Below are positions 28,221-36,720 of a stretch of 64,000 bases of DNA, piece after piece. The stretch is from Acidobacteriaceae bacterium (GTDB lineage Bacteria; Acidobacteriota; Terriglobia; Terriglobales; Acidobacteriaceae), in assembly GCA_043749225.1 (NCBI GenBank), contig JAYVEP010000123.1:4413-68412 (forward strand), written 5' to 3'. Every line of letters begins with the position of its first letter. Position 1 is the first letter of the stretch. Made by a program: the position numbers and the translations under genes. The notes beneath the pieces were generated by a model that was not told where the DNA came from, ran no database searches, and saw nothing but the letters and a program-made list of their open reading frames with translations.

Positions 28221-29405
28221 TTAATTTGCCAGGCGATTGTACTTCTTCAGTACTTCGCGCAGCCGATCATGCGGCAGCGCAATGACTTTCTTGTCGTTGA
28301 TTCCCGTCATGTCCTCGGCCGCAACGAGAGCATTGATGATGGCTTCTTCCGTCGCCTGCACGGTTGCGAGGAATACAGGGTCAAGCTCATCATTCGCGAG
28401 CACGGAAATCTGATGCACGCCGGTTGGCTTGCCTGCGCCAGCGTTCGCGGTAGAGAAGGCGATGAAGATATCTCCTGAGCCGTCGCCGGAGAAGCTGCCA
28501 TTGCGACCGAGTCCGAGCGCGGCGCGACGGGCTAGCCGCTTCAGCTGCTGTCCCACAAGTGGAACATCGGTCGCAACGACAATAATAATGGAGCCAACAT
28601 CTTTTTTCTGGGATTGCTCGTTCTGATACTGTTCGCGCGAAGCGCCATCCTGAATCTCTTTGCCCACAGGAGCGCCCGCAATGCGAAGCTGGCTGCGTAC
28701 CCCGTAGTTACATTGCACGAGCACGCCGACGGTGTAGCTTGTGTCCTTAGTCTTCACGATTCGCGACGCCGTTCCAATGCCGCCTTTGAACTCACTGCAA
28801 ATCATTCCAGTGCCGCCGCCAACGTTACCCTCCTCCACGGGACCGTCGTGCGCCGAATCGAGTGCATGGAACGCGTGTTCCGGTTTCACATGGAAGCCGT
28901 TCGTGTCATTGAGTTGGCCATCCCAGGTTTCCGCAACAACCGGCAGCGACCACCAGTAGCCCGATTCGTCCGGCGGACCGTGCTGAATGCGCCACTGAAT
29001 CACCGCATCGCGCACTACGCCCACGCTGTGCGTGTTGGTAATCATCACGGGTCCGTCGAGAAAGCCGGATTCGTCCACCCATGTGGTGCCCGTCATTTCA
29101 CCGTTGCCGTTCAGGCTGAACCATCCTGCGAAAACCGGGTCTGCTACGTTACTCTTACCGCGTGGAAGGATGGCCGTGACCCCGGTGCGCACAGGGCCAA
29201 CGCCAACCTTGAGCGGGCCACTGCCAGAGATCAGCGTTGTGTGTCCAACTTCGACACCCTTCACGTCCGTGATAGCGTTGAACGGACCGGGAGCGCCGTC
29301 AAAAGGCACTCCGAGGTCGCGCGCACGAGGCTTGGTCTGCGCGAAGAGCATCGACGAAGCAGAAAGGAGTAGCAAGCTCGAAAGACAGAATCCAAGTTTT
29401 CGCAT
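28221..29405 (-). CDS. Secreted S58/P1-family (DmpA/BapA-like) self-processing aminopeptidase
   Basis: It has a signal peptide (LLLLSASSMLFAQ). The predicted autoprocessing junction is G|S in KKDVGSIIIVVATDVPL, followed by QLKRLARRA. The Gly-rich motif NVGGGTG is also present. Confidence 0.85.
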   Translation of the reverse strand: MRKLGFCLSSLLLLSASSMLFAQTKPRARDLGVPFDGAPGPFNAITDVKGVEVGHTTLISGSGPLKVGVGPVRTGVTAILPRGKSNVADPVFAGWFSLNGNGEMTGTTWVDESGFLDGPVMITNTHSVGVVRDAVIQWRIQHGPPDESGYWWSLPVVAETWDGQLNDTNGFHVKPEHAFHALDSAHDGPVEEGNVGGGTGMICSEFKGGIGTASRIVKTKDTSYTVGVLVQCNYGVRSQLRIAGAPVGKEIQDGASREQYQNEQSQKKDVGSIIIVVATDVPLVGQQLKRLARRAALGLGRNGSFSGDGSGDIFIAFSTANAGAGKPTGVHQISVLANDELDPVFLATVQATEEAIINALVAAEDMTGINDKKVIALPHDRLREVLKKYNRLAN

Positions 29406-29496
29406 ACATTGTTCCCCTAGACTGTTTCCCTAGACTTGGCAGTATAAGACAGAAGCGCTATCGTGAGTGTGCAAGCTAAACGAGGATTGAAAGTAC

Positions 29497-29757
29497 ATGC
29501 GGATTCGGAATCTTCCACAGTGGAAGCGAGCTTTGATATTTTCATCGCTCGGCGCGGGCTTTGCCTTAGCGTTCTCTGGCCGACGGCGGGCAGGCGCCGC
29601 CATCGCCAGTGTTGGAGTGGGTGTACTCGTTTACGAGAACCGCCAAATTCTTGGCAAGGTGGCGCGCGATTTGCCACGCTACTTGGAGACCACTTCGCAG
29701 GTGATAGAGACTCTAGCCTCGGTCGGAGAACGCTGGATGGCAGCCCGAGAACTATAG
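29497..29757 (+). CDS. Possible small two-TM membrane protein (hypothetical)
   Basis: This is an 86-aa ORF with two hydrophobic segments (ALIFSSLGAGFALAF and AAIASVGVGVLVY). No family was recognised. Confidence 0.35.
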   Translation: MRIRNLPQWKRALIFSSLGAGFALAFSGRRRAGAAIASVGVGVLVYENRQILGKVARDLPRYLETTSQVIETLASVGERWMAAREL

Positions 29758-29769
29758 CCCTGACTAGAC

Positions 29770-30093
29770 TTAAATCCCCAACTGCTCCTTCGCTGCGGCA
29801 CTCAGCCGTTCCGGCGTCCATTGCGGTTCCCACACAATGTTTACCTTCGCGTTCCCGATGCCAGGCATAGCCTGCAGGCGCTTGATGACATCGGCGCTGA
29901 TCTGCACGTGCGACGGGCAGCCGGGTGAGGTCAGGCTCATGTCAATCGTCACATCCTGAGGCTGGTCAGCGGCCGGCTCAGCGGGTTCAATGGCGACGTT
30001 ATAGATAAGGCCGAGATCGACGATATTGACCGGAATCTCCGGGTCATGGCAATCTTTCAGCGCGGTTAATACTTCGTCTTGCGTGAGCGGCAT
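29770..30093 (-). CDS. DUF59 / SufT-like metal-sulfur cluster assembly factor
   Basis: The hallmark motif is DPEIPVNIVDLGLIY. ATG 30093 is preceded by AGGAGG, and the track start 30126 is TTG. Confidence 0.8.
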   Translation of the reverse strand: MPLTQDEVLTALKDCHDPEIPVNIVDLGLIYNVAIEPAEPAADQPQDVTIDMSLTSPGCPSHVQISADVIKRLQAMPGIGNAKVNIVWEPQWTPERLSAAAKEQLGI

Positions 30094-30255
30094 GGTGCCT
30101 CCTGCTAAGTGATTTACTAACTTCAAGTGTAGCGCGGTCTCAAGAATTTTCTGTGGAATTCTGTCACTTACTCTACCCTCCGGAATCGCATTCTTGGTAG
30201 AGGGTCTAGACTAGCGATTGACGTCCGCGACAAGCGACGGGTTGCGGAGGGCAAG

Positions 30256-31116
30256 ATGAGCCCAGCGGATACAGCAAACATGAGAGAAGGTTCGATGAAT
30301 GATCCTAAGCCTGGGGCGAGCATAATCGCACCAGGCGTTGCTCCGTCCGATGATTCCTCTGTGGCGGCCTCCCTCCTAACTCCGAAGCTCGCCTTGGAGC
30401 ACAAGCATCCGCTGTCTATTCGCTGGATGCATTGGATCAACTTTCCCGTGCTCTCCATCATGATCTACTCCGGCTTACTCATTTACTGGGCGGATTCGCA
30501 GCACAACGATTTGAACTCGCACCAGGTCTATCGCATTGGAGTGGGTAGCTGGACGCTGCTGCGCTTATTCCCCGACTGGTTCTATAAAAAGCTGCACTTG
30601 GAATTTGGCCTCGCCAGCGGCATGGGATACCACTTTTTCTTCATGTGGTTTTTTGCCATCAACGGATTGCTCTACGTCGCCTATACCGCAATATCGGGAG
30701 AATGGCGGTATCTGCTTCCCAATCGACAATCGTTCGTGGAAGCTTTGCAAGTCACGTTGCATGATTTGGGATTGAGCAAGTACCATCCGCCGCGCCGGAA
30801 ATATAACGGTGCCCAGCAGTTTGCTTACACCGGGGTCATCTTGATGGGAGTGGGCTCGCTGCTGACCGGCCTCGCCATCTATAAGCCAACGCAAACGCAC
30901 ATCCTCACCAGTGTGCTTGGCGGGTACGAGATGGCGCGCTGGATGCACTTTTGGCTCACTATGGGCTATGTGGGATTTTTTCTCGTACATGTGGCACAGG
31001 TCATTCGCGCAGGCTGGAATAACTTTCGAGCCATGGTCATTGGAGACGAGTTGGTGCGGTACCCTATCGAATCACTGGGGGCCGAAGCGCAGAGAAAGGT
31101 GGCTGACCGTGGATGA
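30256..31116 (+). CDS. Membrane di-heme cytochrome b (Ni/Fe-hydrogenase/PhsC-type b subunit family)
   Basis: It has four to five TM helices with conserved His-containing helices (IRWMHWINFPVL and RWMHFWLTMGYVGFFLVH). Confidence 0.75.
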   Translation: MSPADTANMREGSMNDPKPGASIIAPGVAPSDDSSVAASLLTPKLALEHKHPLSIRWMHWINFPVLSIMIYSGLLIYWADSQHNDLNSHQVYRIGVGSWTLLRLFPDWFYKKLHLEFGLASGMGYHFFFMWFFAINGLLYVAYTAISGEWRYLLPNRQSFVEALQVTLHDLGLSKYHPPRRKYNGAQQFAYTGVILMGVGSLLTGLAIYKPTQTHILTSVLGGYEMARWMHFWLTMGYVGFFLVHVAQVIRAGWNNFRAMVIGDELVRYPIESLGAEAQRKVADRG

Positions 31117-31120
31117 CGAG

Positions 31121-32257
31121 ATGATGAGTGACAAGTCGAATACCGATTCCAATCCGAACGAATCAAACATGAACGGGCCCGCAAATCCTCAAAAAGCCGG
31201 TGTCCCCGGTTCAGCCGTATCAGAGCTAGAACAGGCACAAGCCCACGCCACAGCAATTTCTCAAGCGCGCGCGAAGGCCGAAGAGCATGATCGAAAAATT
31301 CTGACAAAGCTGAGCGCAAAATCCCGCCGTGGGTTCTTGGTCGGAGGCGTCGCCGCTGCCGCCGGATTAGGCTTCTGGCATTGGCTGAACAGTCAGGCAG
31401 AGGTTTCCGGGATCGCCGCGCCCTTCCGCAAAGCCCTCGAGTTTAATGCAAAACTGGGTCGTCTTCTATTTCAAAATGGCGCACTAGCGCCTGAGTTTAA
31501 CCCCGCAGACGCGGTAAAAGATTTTCGCCGCAACGGCGATGTTGGCTTGGCTGAAATTGAACTCAAAGACTGGCGTCTACAACTCGTGGGCGCTGCGAAC
31601 GCGAGCTCGCATCCCAGATTTGTCGACAACGTCGCGTCGTGGACCTACGGTCTGGATCCAGCCGATCTCGCAGACGACGGAACCGATGACGAAGGCGATA
31701 CGCCTCCCGAACCGGACAAGGTTCATGAAGCCGGAGCCAAGGCATCCGCTGTTACGTCGAAGCCCATGGAGATGCCCGAAGCTCCACCAGCCAAAATGCC
31801 CGGATTGCTGCTCACCATGGAAGATGTGTATCGATTGCCGCGCGTCGAGATGGTGACCGAGTTCAAGTGTGTCGAGGGTTGGAGGGAGGTCGTGCACTGG
31901 GGAGGTGCCCGCATGCGGGATTTTCTCGCGGCTTTTCCTCCTTCAACTCGCAGCGGCCGGCCGTGCGATGCGAATACGCAGCCGGATGCCATCCCCGAAT
32001 ACGTCGGCTTTGAAACACCAGATGGCGACTATTACGTCGGTATCGAACGAGAAGTCGCACTACATCCGCAGACCCTGCTGGCTTACGAGATCAACGGCGC
32101 GCCACTTTCCGCGGACCACGGCGCCCCCCTGCGCCTCGTGACGCCGCTTAAGTACGGCATCAAACAGCTCAAGCAAATTGGCCGCATCACGTATTCCGAA
32201 ACGCGTCCGCACGACTACTGGCACGAACGCGGCTACGATTACTATGTGGGACATTAA
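31121..32257 (+). CDS. Molybdopterin-dependent oxidoreductase (sulfite oxidase / MsrP-YedY family)
   Basis: Core motifs EFKCVEGW...VHWGG and ADHGAPLRLVTPLKYGIKQLKQIGRI are present. A Tat-like SRRGFLVGGVAAAAGLG occurs about 65 aa in. The ATG at 31121 lies just after the cytochrome b stop, and the track start 30911 overlaps that gene. Confidence 0.8.
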   Translation: MMSDKSNTDSNPNESNMNGPANPQKAGVPGSAVSELEQAQAHATAISQARAKAEEHDRKILTKLSAKSRRGFLVGGVAAAAGLGFWHWLNSQAEVSGIAAPFRKALEFNAKLGRLLFQNGALAPEFNPADAVKDFRRNGDVGLAEIELKDWRLQLVGAANASSHPRFVDNVASWTYGLDPADLADDGTDDEGDTPPEPDKVHEAGAKASAVTSKPMEMPEAPPAKMPGLLLTMEDVYRLPRVEMVTEFKCVEGWREVVHWGGARMRDFLAAFPPSTRSGRPCDANTQPDAIPEYVGFETPDGDYYVGIEREVALHPQTLLAYEINGAPLSADHGAPLRLVTPLKYGIKQLKQIGRITYSETRPHDYWHERGYDYYVGH

Positions 32258-32309
32258 GAGCAGTCACGCGGCGTGAGGAACGGGGCCCGCCCTCCATGTC
32301 CAAATCCTT

Positions 32310-34592
32310 CTACAGCTGCGCCAGCGCCTGCCGTGCTTCATCCGCGTGCGCAAACTTTGGATTCAGCTTCAGCGACTTTTGCAGATTTACTTTCGCCAGA
32401 TCTTTCTTGCCGTCTTTTTGATAGGCCAAGCCCAAGTGATAGAAAGTGACTGGATCTTCAGGCTGGTCTTGATCAGCCGCGTTCTTGACGGATTCCCTAA
32501 ACAAGTTGATGGCGGAAGCGTAAATACCCTTTTGATAAAACGCCCAACCGAGAGTATCAGCTGAGTTAGGCGAGTCGGGCATGCCGCGCCGTGCCTCCTG
32601 CGCCATCCCCAGGGCAATGTCCACATTGCCGCCTTGCTGCAGCATCAGGTAAGCCATATTGTTTTTCGCCAAAGCATTGTCCGGCTGCACCTGCAACGCC
32701 TTCTGGTACATGTCCTTGGCTTCCTGCCACTGTTGTTTCGATTCCAGCATTTCTCCAGCTAGAACATAAAAACGGGAATCGTTCGGGTTGTCCTTCACGG
32801 ATTGTTGGTAGGTAGCAATGGCTTGATCGACGTGCCCCGCGGCGACTTGCACCTGGCCAAGCTTCAGCAAAGCCTCGGAGTTCGTCTTGTCCAGGTCAAT
32901 GGACTTCCGCAGTGCCGTTTCGGCGGATGCATAATCTTCCTTGTCGGAATAAACAACGCCGAGCAGAAAATAGTAGCTGCTGTTATTGGGGACCGTCGCG
33001 ATCTGCTGGTTCACTCGCGCCACCGCTTTGTCCCACTGTCCTTGCCCGGAATAAACGCGTGCCAGCCCAACCAGGGCGTCGGCGGCAGTCGAATCGTGGG
33101 TTAGAGCCTGCTCATAGTACTTTGTGGACTCGGCAAACTTTTTCTGTTCCAGAAAAAGATTCCCTACGTGAATATAGCCAACCGGGCTATTGGGAGCGAC
33201 TTCGATGGCTTTACGCATATCCGCTTCCGCGCCCTTATCGTCCTTGCGCCCGTGCTTGGAAAGTCCCAACAGCACATAACCATCCGGCAGCAGCGGTTGC
33301 TGCTGAATGATTTCCTTGGCGGAAGCTTCTAACGCCGGGTAATTCGAATTCTTAAGTTCAATCGCCGCCAGTGCGCGATGCGCCTCAAACAAATCCGGGC
33401 GCAGCCTGACGGCGTTCCTCCATTCGTTCTCTGCGGAGGTCTCGTTGTCCAGCGCGTCGTAAGCGGCGCCCAAATGGTAATGCGCAACGCCGTTGTCGGG
33501 GTCCGTCGCAATCACCGACTGCAGTGTGCTGGAGGCTTCTCGCAGCTGTCCCCGCCGCAGCTGAATCTGCCCGCGATAGATCAGGCAATCGGAGTCATGA
33601 GCGTTGTCTTTCACCAGTTCGTCATTCAGCTTGGCGGCCTCGTCCACGCGATTCTTCAAGATCAGCAACTGCACATAATTCTTTTTCGCCTGCACATCTT
33701 TAGGATGTGCATGGAACACCGACTCGTATTCCTGCGTTGCTTTGTCGATATCGCCCGCAGCGAAGTAAAAGTCGCCGAGCATCCGGTAGGCGGTCCCATT
33801 CTCCGGAATCTCTTGCTTTACTTTCAGCAACTCCGCTTCGGCTTCTTCGCGCTTGCCCTGTTCCATAAACAGACGAACCAGCGCCGCACGAGCCTCCGCA
33901 TTCTTGGGCTCGGAAACCACGGCGTGCCGGTAGACTTGTTCGGCTTCCATCCAGCGCGACCGCGACTGATAGAAATTGCCAAGGGCGATCTGGGTATTCA
34001 CGACCCGGGGATTCATCTCGACAGCCTTGCGAAAGCTTGCCTCCGCCGCGTCCGCCTGGTTGGCGCGCACCTGCAAAAAGGCCAGATTCAGTAGCATGTC
34101 GGCGTTGGCGGGTGCGCTGGCAACCGCTTTCTGCATTTCCGCCAGTGCCGCCGTCTGGTTGTCCTGTGCGGAAAGGTAGTTGGCCATGGCCACGTGAAAC
34201 TGTGGGTTAGACGAATCCTTTACGCTCAAAACATCCAGATGTTCCTTGGCGCGGTCCAGCGCGTGGCTGGCAATCAGTAAGTTTGCGATATCGATATGAG
34301 CTTTGAAGTAGTCAGGGTTTAGCTCGATCGTGCGCTCCAGCTGTTCGTAGGCGGAGTTCCACTCCTGCAACTTTAGATAGGACTGGGCCAGCTGGTAGTG
34401 CGCATCGACAAAACGCGGATCCACCTGAAGGGCGTTCGCGTACTGAATAGTGGCTTCGCGGTATTTTGCTTTCTCGAAATACCGCTGGCCGCTTTCAAAG
34501 TAACGTTGTTTGCGGACGTTCGGGTCGCGCGAGCAGCCGGCCAGAAATGTCAGAGCCAGCAGTGTCAGTAATGAAATCAGAATAGTGCGCAT
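32310..34592 (-). CDS. prsT: PEP-CTERM system TPR-repeat lipoprotein (PrsT-like)
   Basis: The lipoprotein signal is MRTILISLLTLLALTFLAGC. About 20 TPR units fill the rest of the protein. It lies immediately downstream of exosortase and epsI. ATG 34592 is preferred over 34676. Confidence 0.85.
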   Translation of the reverse strand: MRTILISLLTLLALTFLAGCSRDPNVRKQRYFESGQRYFEKAKYREATIQYANALQVDPRFVDAHYQLAQSYLKLQEWNSAYEQLERTIELNPDYFKAHIDIANLLIASHALDRAKEHLDVLSVKDSSNPQFHVAMANYLSAQDNQTAALAEMQKAVASAPANADMLLNLAFLQVRANQADAAEASFRKAVEMNPRVVNTQIALGNFYQSRSRWMEAEQVYRHAVVSEPKNAEARAALVRLFMEQGKREEAEAELLKVKQEIPENGTAYRMLGDFYFAAGDIDKATQEYESVFHAHPKDVQAKKNYVQLLILKNRVDEAAKLNDELVKDNAHDSDCLIYRGQIQLRRGQLREASSTLQSVIATDPDNGVAHYHLGAAYDALDNETSAENEWRNAVRLRPDLFEAHRALAAIELKNSNYPALEASAKEIIQQQPLLPDGYVLLGLSKHGRKDDKGAEADMRKAIEVAPNSPVGYIHVGNLFLEQKKFAESTKYYEQALTHDSTAADALVGLARVYSGQGQWDKAVARVNQQIATVPNNSSYYFLLGVVYSDKEDYASAETALRKSIDLDKTNSEALLKLGQVQVAAGHVDQAIATYQQSVKDNPNDSRFYVLAGEMLESKQQWQEAKDMYQKALQVQPDNALAKNNMAYLMLQQGGNVDIALGMAQEARRGMPDSPNSADTLGWAFYQKGIYASAINLFRESVKNAADQDQPEDPVTFYHLGLAYQKDGKKDLAKVNLQKSLKLNPKFAHADEARQALAQL

Positions 34593-34743
34593 GTTTCGAA
34601 TACAGGAACATTTCACGAGAACTCTCCCAACCATAGTGAACAAATACTCAAGACTGATTACAGCCCGTTTGACCAAAATGAATTGTTATTGCAAATCGCA
34701 GGACGGCTCGGCCCATTCTCCCAGAGTAACCCGTCTCCGAAAC

Positions 34744-35394
34744 TTAACGTGGAACGTAGCGATCCAGCAACGGCACAACTTGCCCGGCAAACTCCAGCAG
34801 CCTCGCTCTGGCGGCCTCAGTGTGTTCTTTCGGAGCCACGGCAGTAGTCATCCGAATCAGCGAGCCGTCGCTGCGGTTGTAGCGCATAGCATCCGTTACC
34901 AAATAAATCTTAGCCCAGTATTCGCTAGCCACCATGCGACCATGCGCCTGGTACCAATATAGAACCAGCCTCCGCTCCGAGCCTTTAGTGACCAGGTACT
35001 CGTTCACTACGAACGGGGCGCTCCCCGGCACGTTGACTTCGGTCTGCTTAGATTCCACCGGCGACCACCCCGACCCAGGCAAGCAGTTCTTCGGCGTGTG
35101 CAACGTGTCTCCCGCCCGTTGTGAAGCAAAATAGGCTAAGAATAGATCCACATCGGGAGTCCCCATGCTGTCCGGGTAGTAGCGGAACAGGAATTCTCCA
35201 TGTCCCAGAACGTCGAGCACTTCCGGCGACAGGGAGACGTCCACGCCGCTGCGGGTCCCAAGGTTGTGCGGGAAAGTCCCCAGGGGCTCACGCGAAAGGC
35301 TTACTTCCTCCGAGCCGCGGGCGTAGAGAAATCCAGCCGTCGTTGCCAGCAGCATGGCCACGAGAAAAAAGCGAAAGTGGCTTTGCCGGTTCAT
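34744..35394 (-). CDS. epsI: EpsI-family exosortase-associated protein
   Basis: It has an N-terminal anchor and the hallmark HTPKNCLPGSGW motif. It overlaps the exosortase stop by 4 bp. Confidence 0.85.
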   Translation of the reverse strand: MNRQSHFRFFLVAMLLATTAGFLYARGSEEVSLSREPLGTFPHNLGTRSGVDVSLSPEVLDVLGHGEFLFRYYPDSMGTPDVDLFLAYFASQRAGDTLHTPKNCLPGSGWSPVESKQTEVNVPGSAPFVVNEYLVTKGSERRLVLYWYQAHGRMVASEYWAKIYLVTDAMRYNRSDGSLIRMTTAVAPKEHTEAARARLLEFAGQVVPLLDRYVPR

Positions 35395-36338
35395 ACCTTC
35401 GACCCCGTTGCGGTGTCTTTTAGATGCGCAGGCTCAGAATTCTCGCTCACCCCGTCGCCGCTGCCTAGAACCCAGTGCGACAGTCGACGAACCGCGAACA
35501 ACAGCAGCAGGGAGACAACAAAAATCATCCAGCCTGAAAAGGTATGAAAAAAGCCTTCTGCTTTATCGACATCCCAGTGTTGCACCATGAGGCCTGTGCC
35601 TACAATCCGCAGACTATTGGCCGCCACGGCAATCGGGATGGCAGCCAGCGCCAACAGCAATCGCACCAGCCAGCGCCGCTCCAGAAGATAGCCGTACATC
35701 ACCGCCAACGTTACCAGCGACATAAGCGACCGAATGCCGCTGCAAGCCTCCGCAACCTCCAGAGACATCGCGGGCAGCCGAATGACGTTGCCTTCGCGTA
35801 AGACTGGTACGCCCGCCAGCGGAAGCAGATTGGAAGCCAGGCGAGCAGCCAGCGTTTGCAGCGGGAAAACTATCTGGTTAAACAAGATGGCCGGGACCGG
35901 AATCATCAGTAGTAGAAAAAGCCACGGGAATGCGACTGCACGCAGGAACTTCCATCCCAAAAAAATAACAACAATCCCGCCGAGCACGAGGATCAAGGAG
36001 AGCCGCGCGAGGAACAGTTCCGCTCCGAGCGTCCCTACAATCAGGCAAAGCAATCCCGGTACCACGAGGCAAAAGCCCGCCCACGCTGGATTGTGGGGCA
36101 GCTTCGCCAATCGTGCCCGCTCCGTCCACAAGACATAGGCGGAAAATGCGGGCACAAAAAAGCCATGCGAAAAGTTCGGGTCGTGGGTCCACTGCCCAGC
36201 CAGCCGCGAAAGCACGGGGAAGTACAGAACCCCTAACAGGCACACTAAGACGGCGAGCTTGAACTTGGGGCCGAGCTCTACCGGAGCCTTCGTCGCATCC
36301 TCCCGCGCCGAATGGGCGGTTGGGACAGGGAAATTCAT
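35391..36338 (-). CDS. Exosortase (EpsH/XrtA-like)
   Basis: It is polytopic and carries the exosortase signatures HGFFVP, EACSGIRSL (catalytic Cys) and NSLRI. ATG 36338 is preferred over 36431. Confidence 0.9.
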   Translation of the reverse strand: MNFPVPTAHSAREDATKAPVELGPKFKLAVLVCLLGVLYFPVLSRLAGQWTHDPNFSHGFFVPAFSAYVLWTERARLAKLPHNPAWAGFCLVVPGLLCLIVGTLGAELFLARLSLILVLGGIVVIFLGWKFLRAVAFPWLFLLLMIPVPAILFNQIVFPLQTLAARLASNLLPLAGVPVLREGNVIRLPAMSLEVAEACSGIRSLMSLVTLAVMYGYLLERRWLVRLLLALAAIPIAVAANSLRIVGTGLMVQHWDVDKAEGFFHTFSGWMIFVVSLLLLFAVRRLSHWVLGSGDGVSENSEPAHLKDTATGSKV

Positions 36339-36720
36339 GAAATGGCCTACCTTACAGCATATGCCACGCCTTCCGAAAGTCAAATAGCCATTCAGGGGAG
36401 TAGCGCAAGGCGCAGAGCGCCCCGCCGGCATCGCCGGGGGTCACCTAAGCAGTCAGGCGGGGTCCGCAGTGACCGGGCGACCTCCCTTGCAACTGTAAAT
36501 TGTTCAGTAAAATAGACTTATAGGCATTGGCTTAACCCCACGAAGGGGCGATAATAATAGAAGATTACGAAAGAATGGGTAATTGTTTTCCACTTTTCCT
36601 CCGAACCGTGGGAAGATAGCCTTAGGTAAGAGCTGTGGTGGAGTTTGTCCGAAATTGGGTAAGTATTTGTCCAACAGGGGATTAGGTCGCCAGTTTCTCG
36701 AAAGTTGAGGTGTCCCCAGC

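Noticed and set aside
28614-29372. 252-aa plus-strand ORF
   Set aside because: It is antisense to the S58 peptidase gene.
30911-31120. N-terminal 70 codons of the track ORF for the Mo-oxidoreductase
   Set aside because: This part overlaps the 3' end of the cytochrome b gene in another frame. ATG 31121 (or GTG 31109) right after the cytochrome b stop is the more plausible start.
33378-34094. 238-aa plus-strand ORF
   Set aside because: It is antisense to the PrsT TPR gene.
36432-36720. Searched the AT-richer intergenic regions (36432-36720, 37774-37842, 39878-39996, 58526-58950, 61531-62037) for sigma-54 -24/-12 promoters, riboswitch-like structures or sRNAs
   Set aside because: I found only short 5-7 bp stems and no TGGCAC-N5-TTGC match. 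Nothing there can be defended without covariance or expression data.
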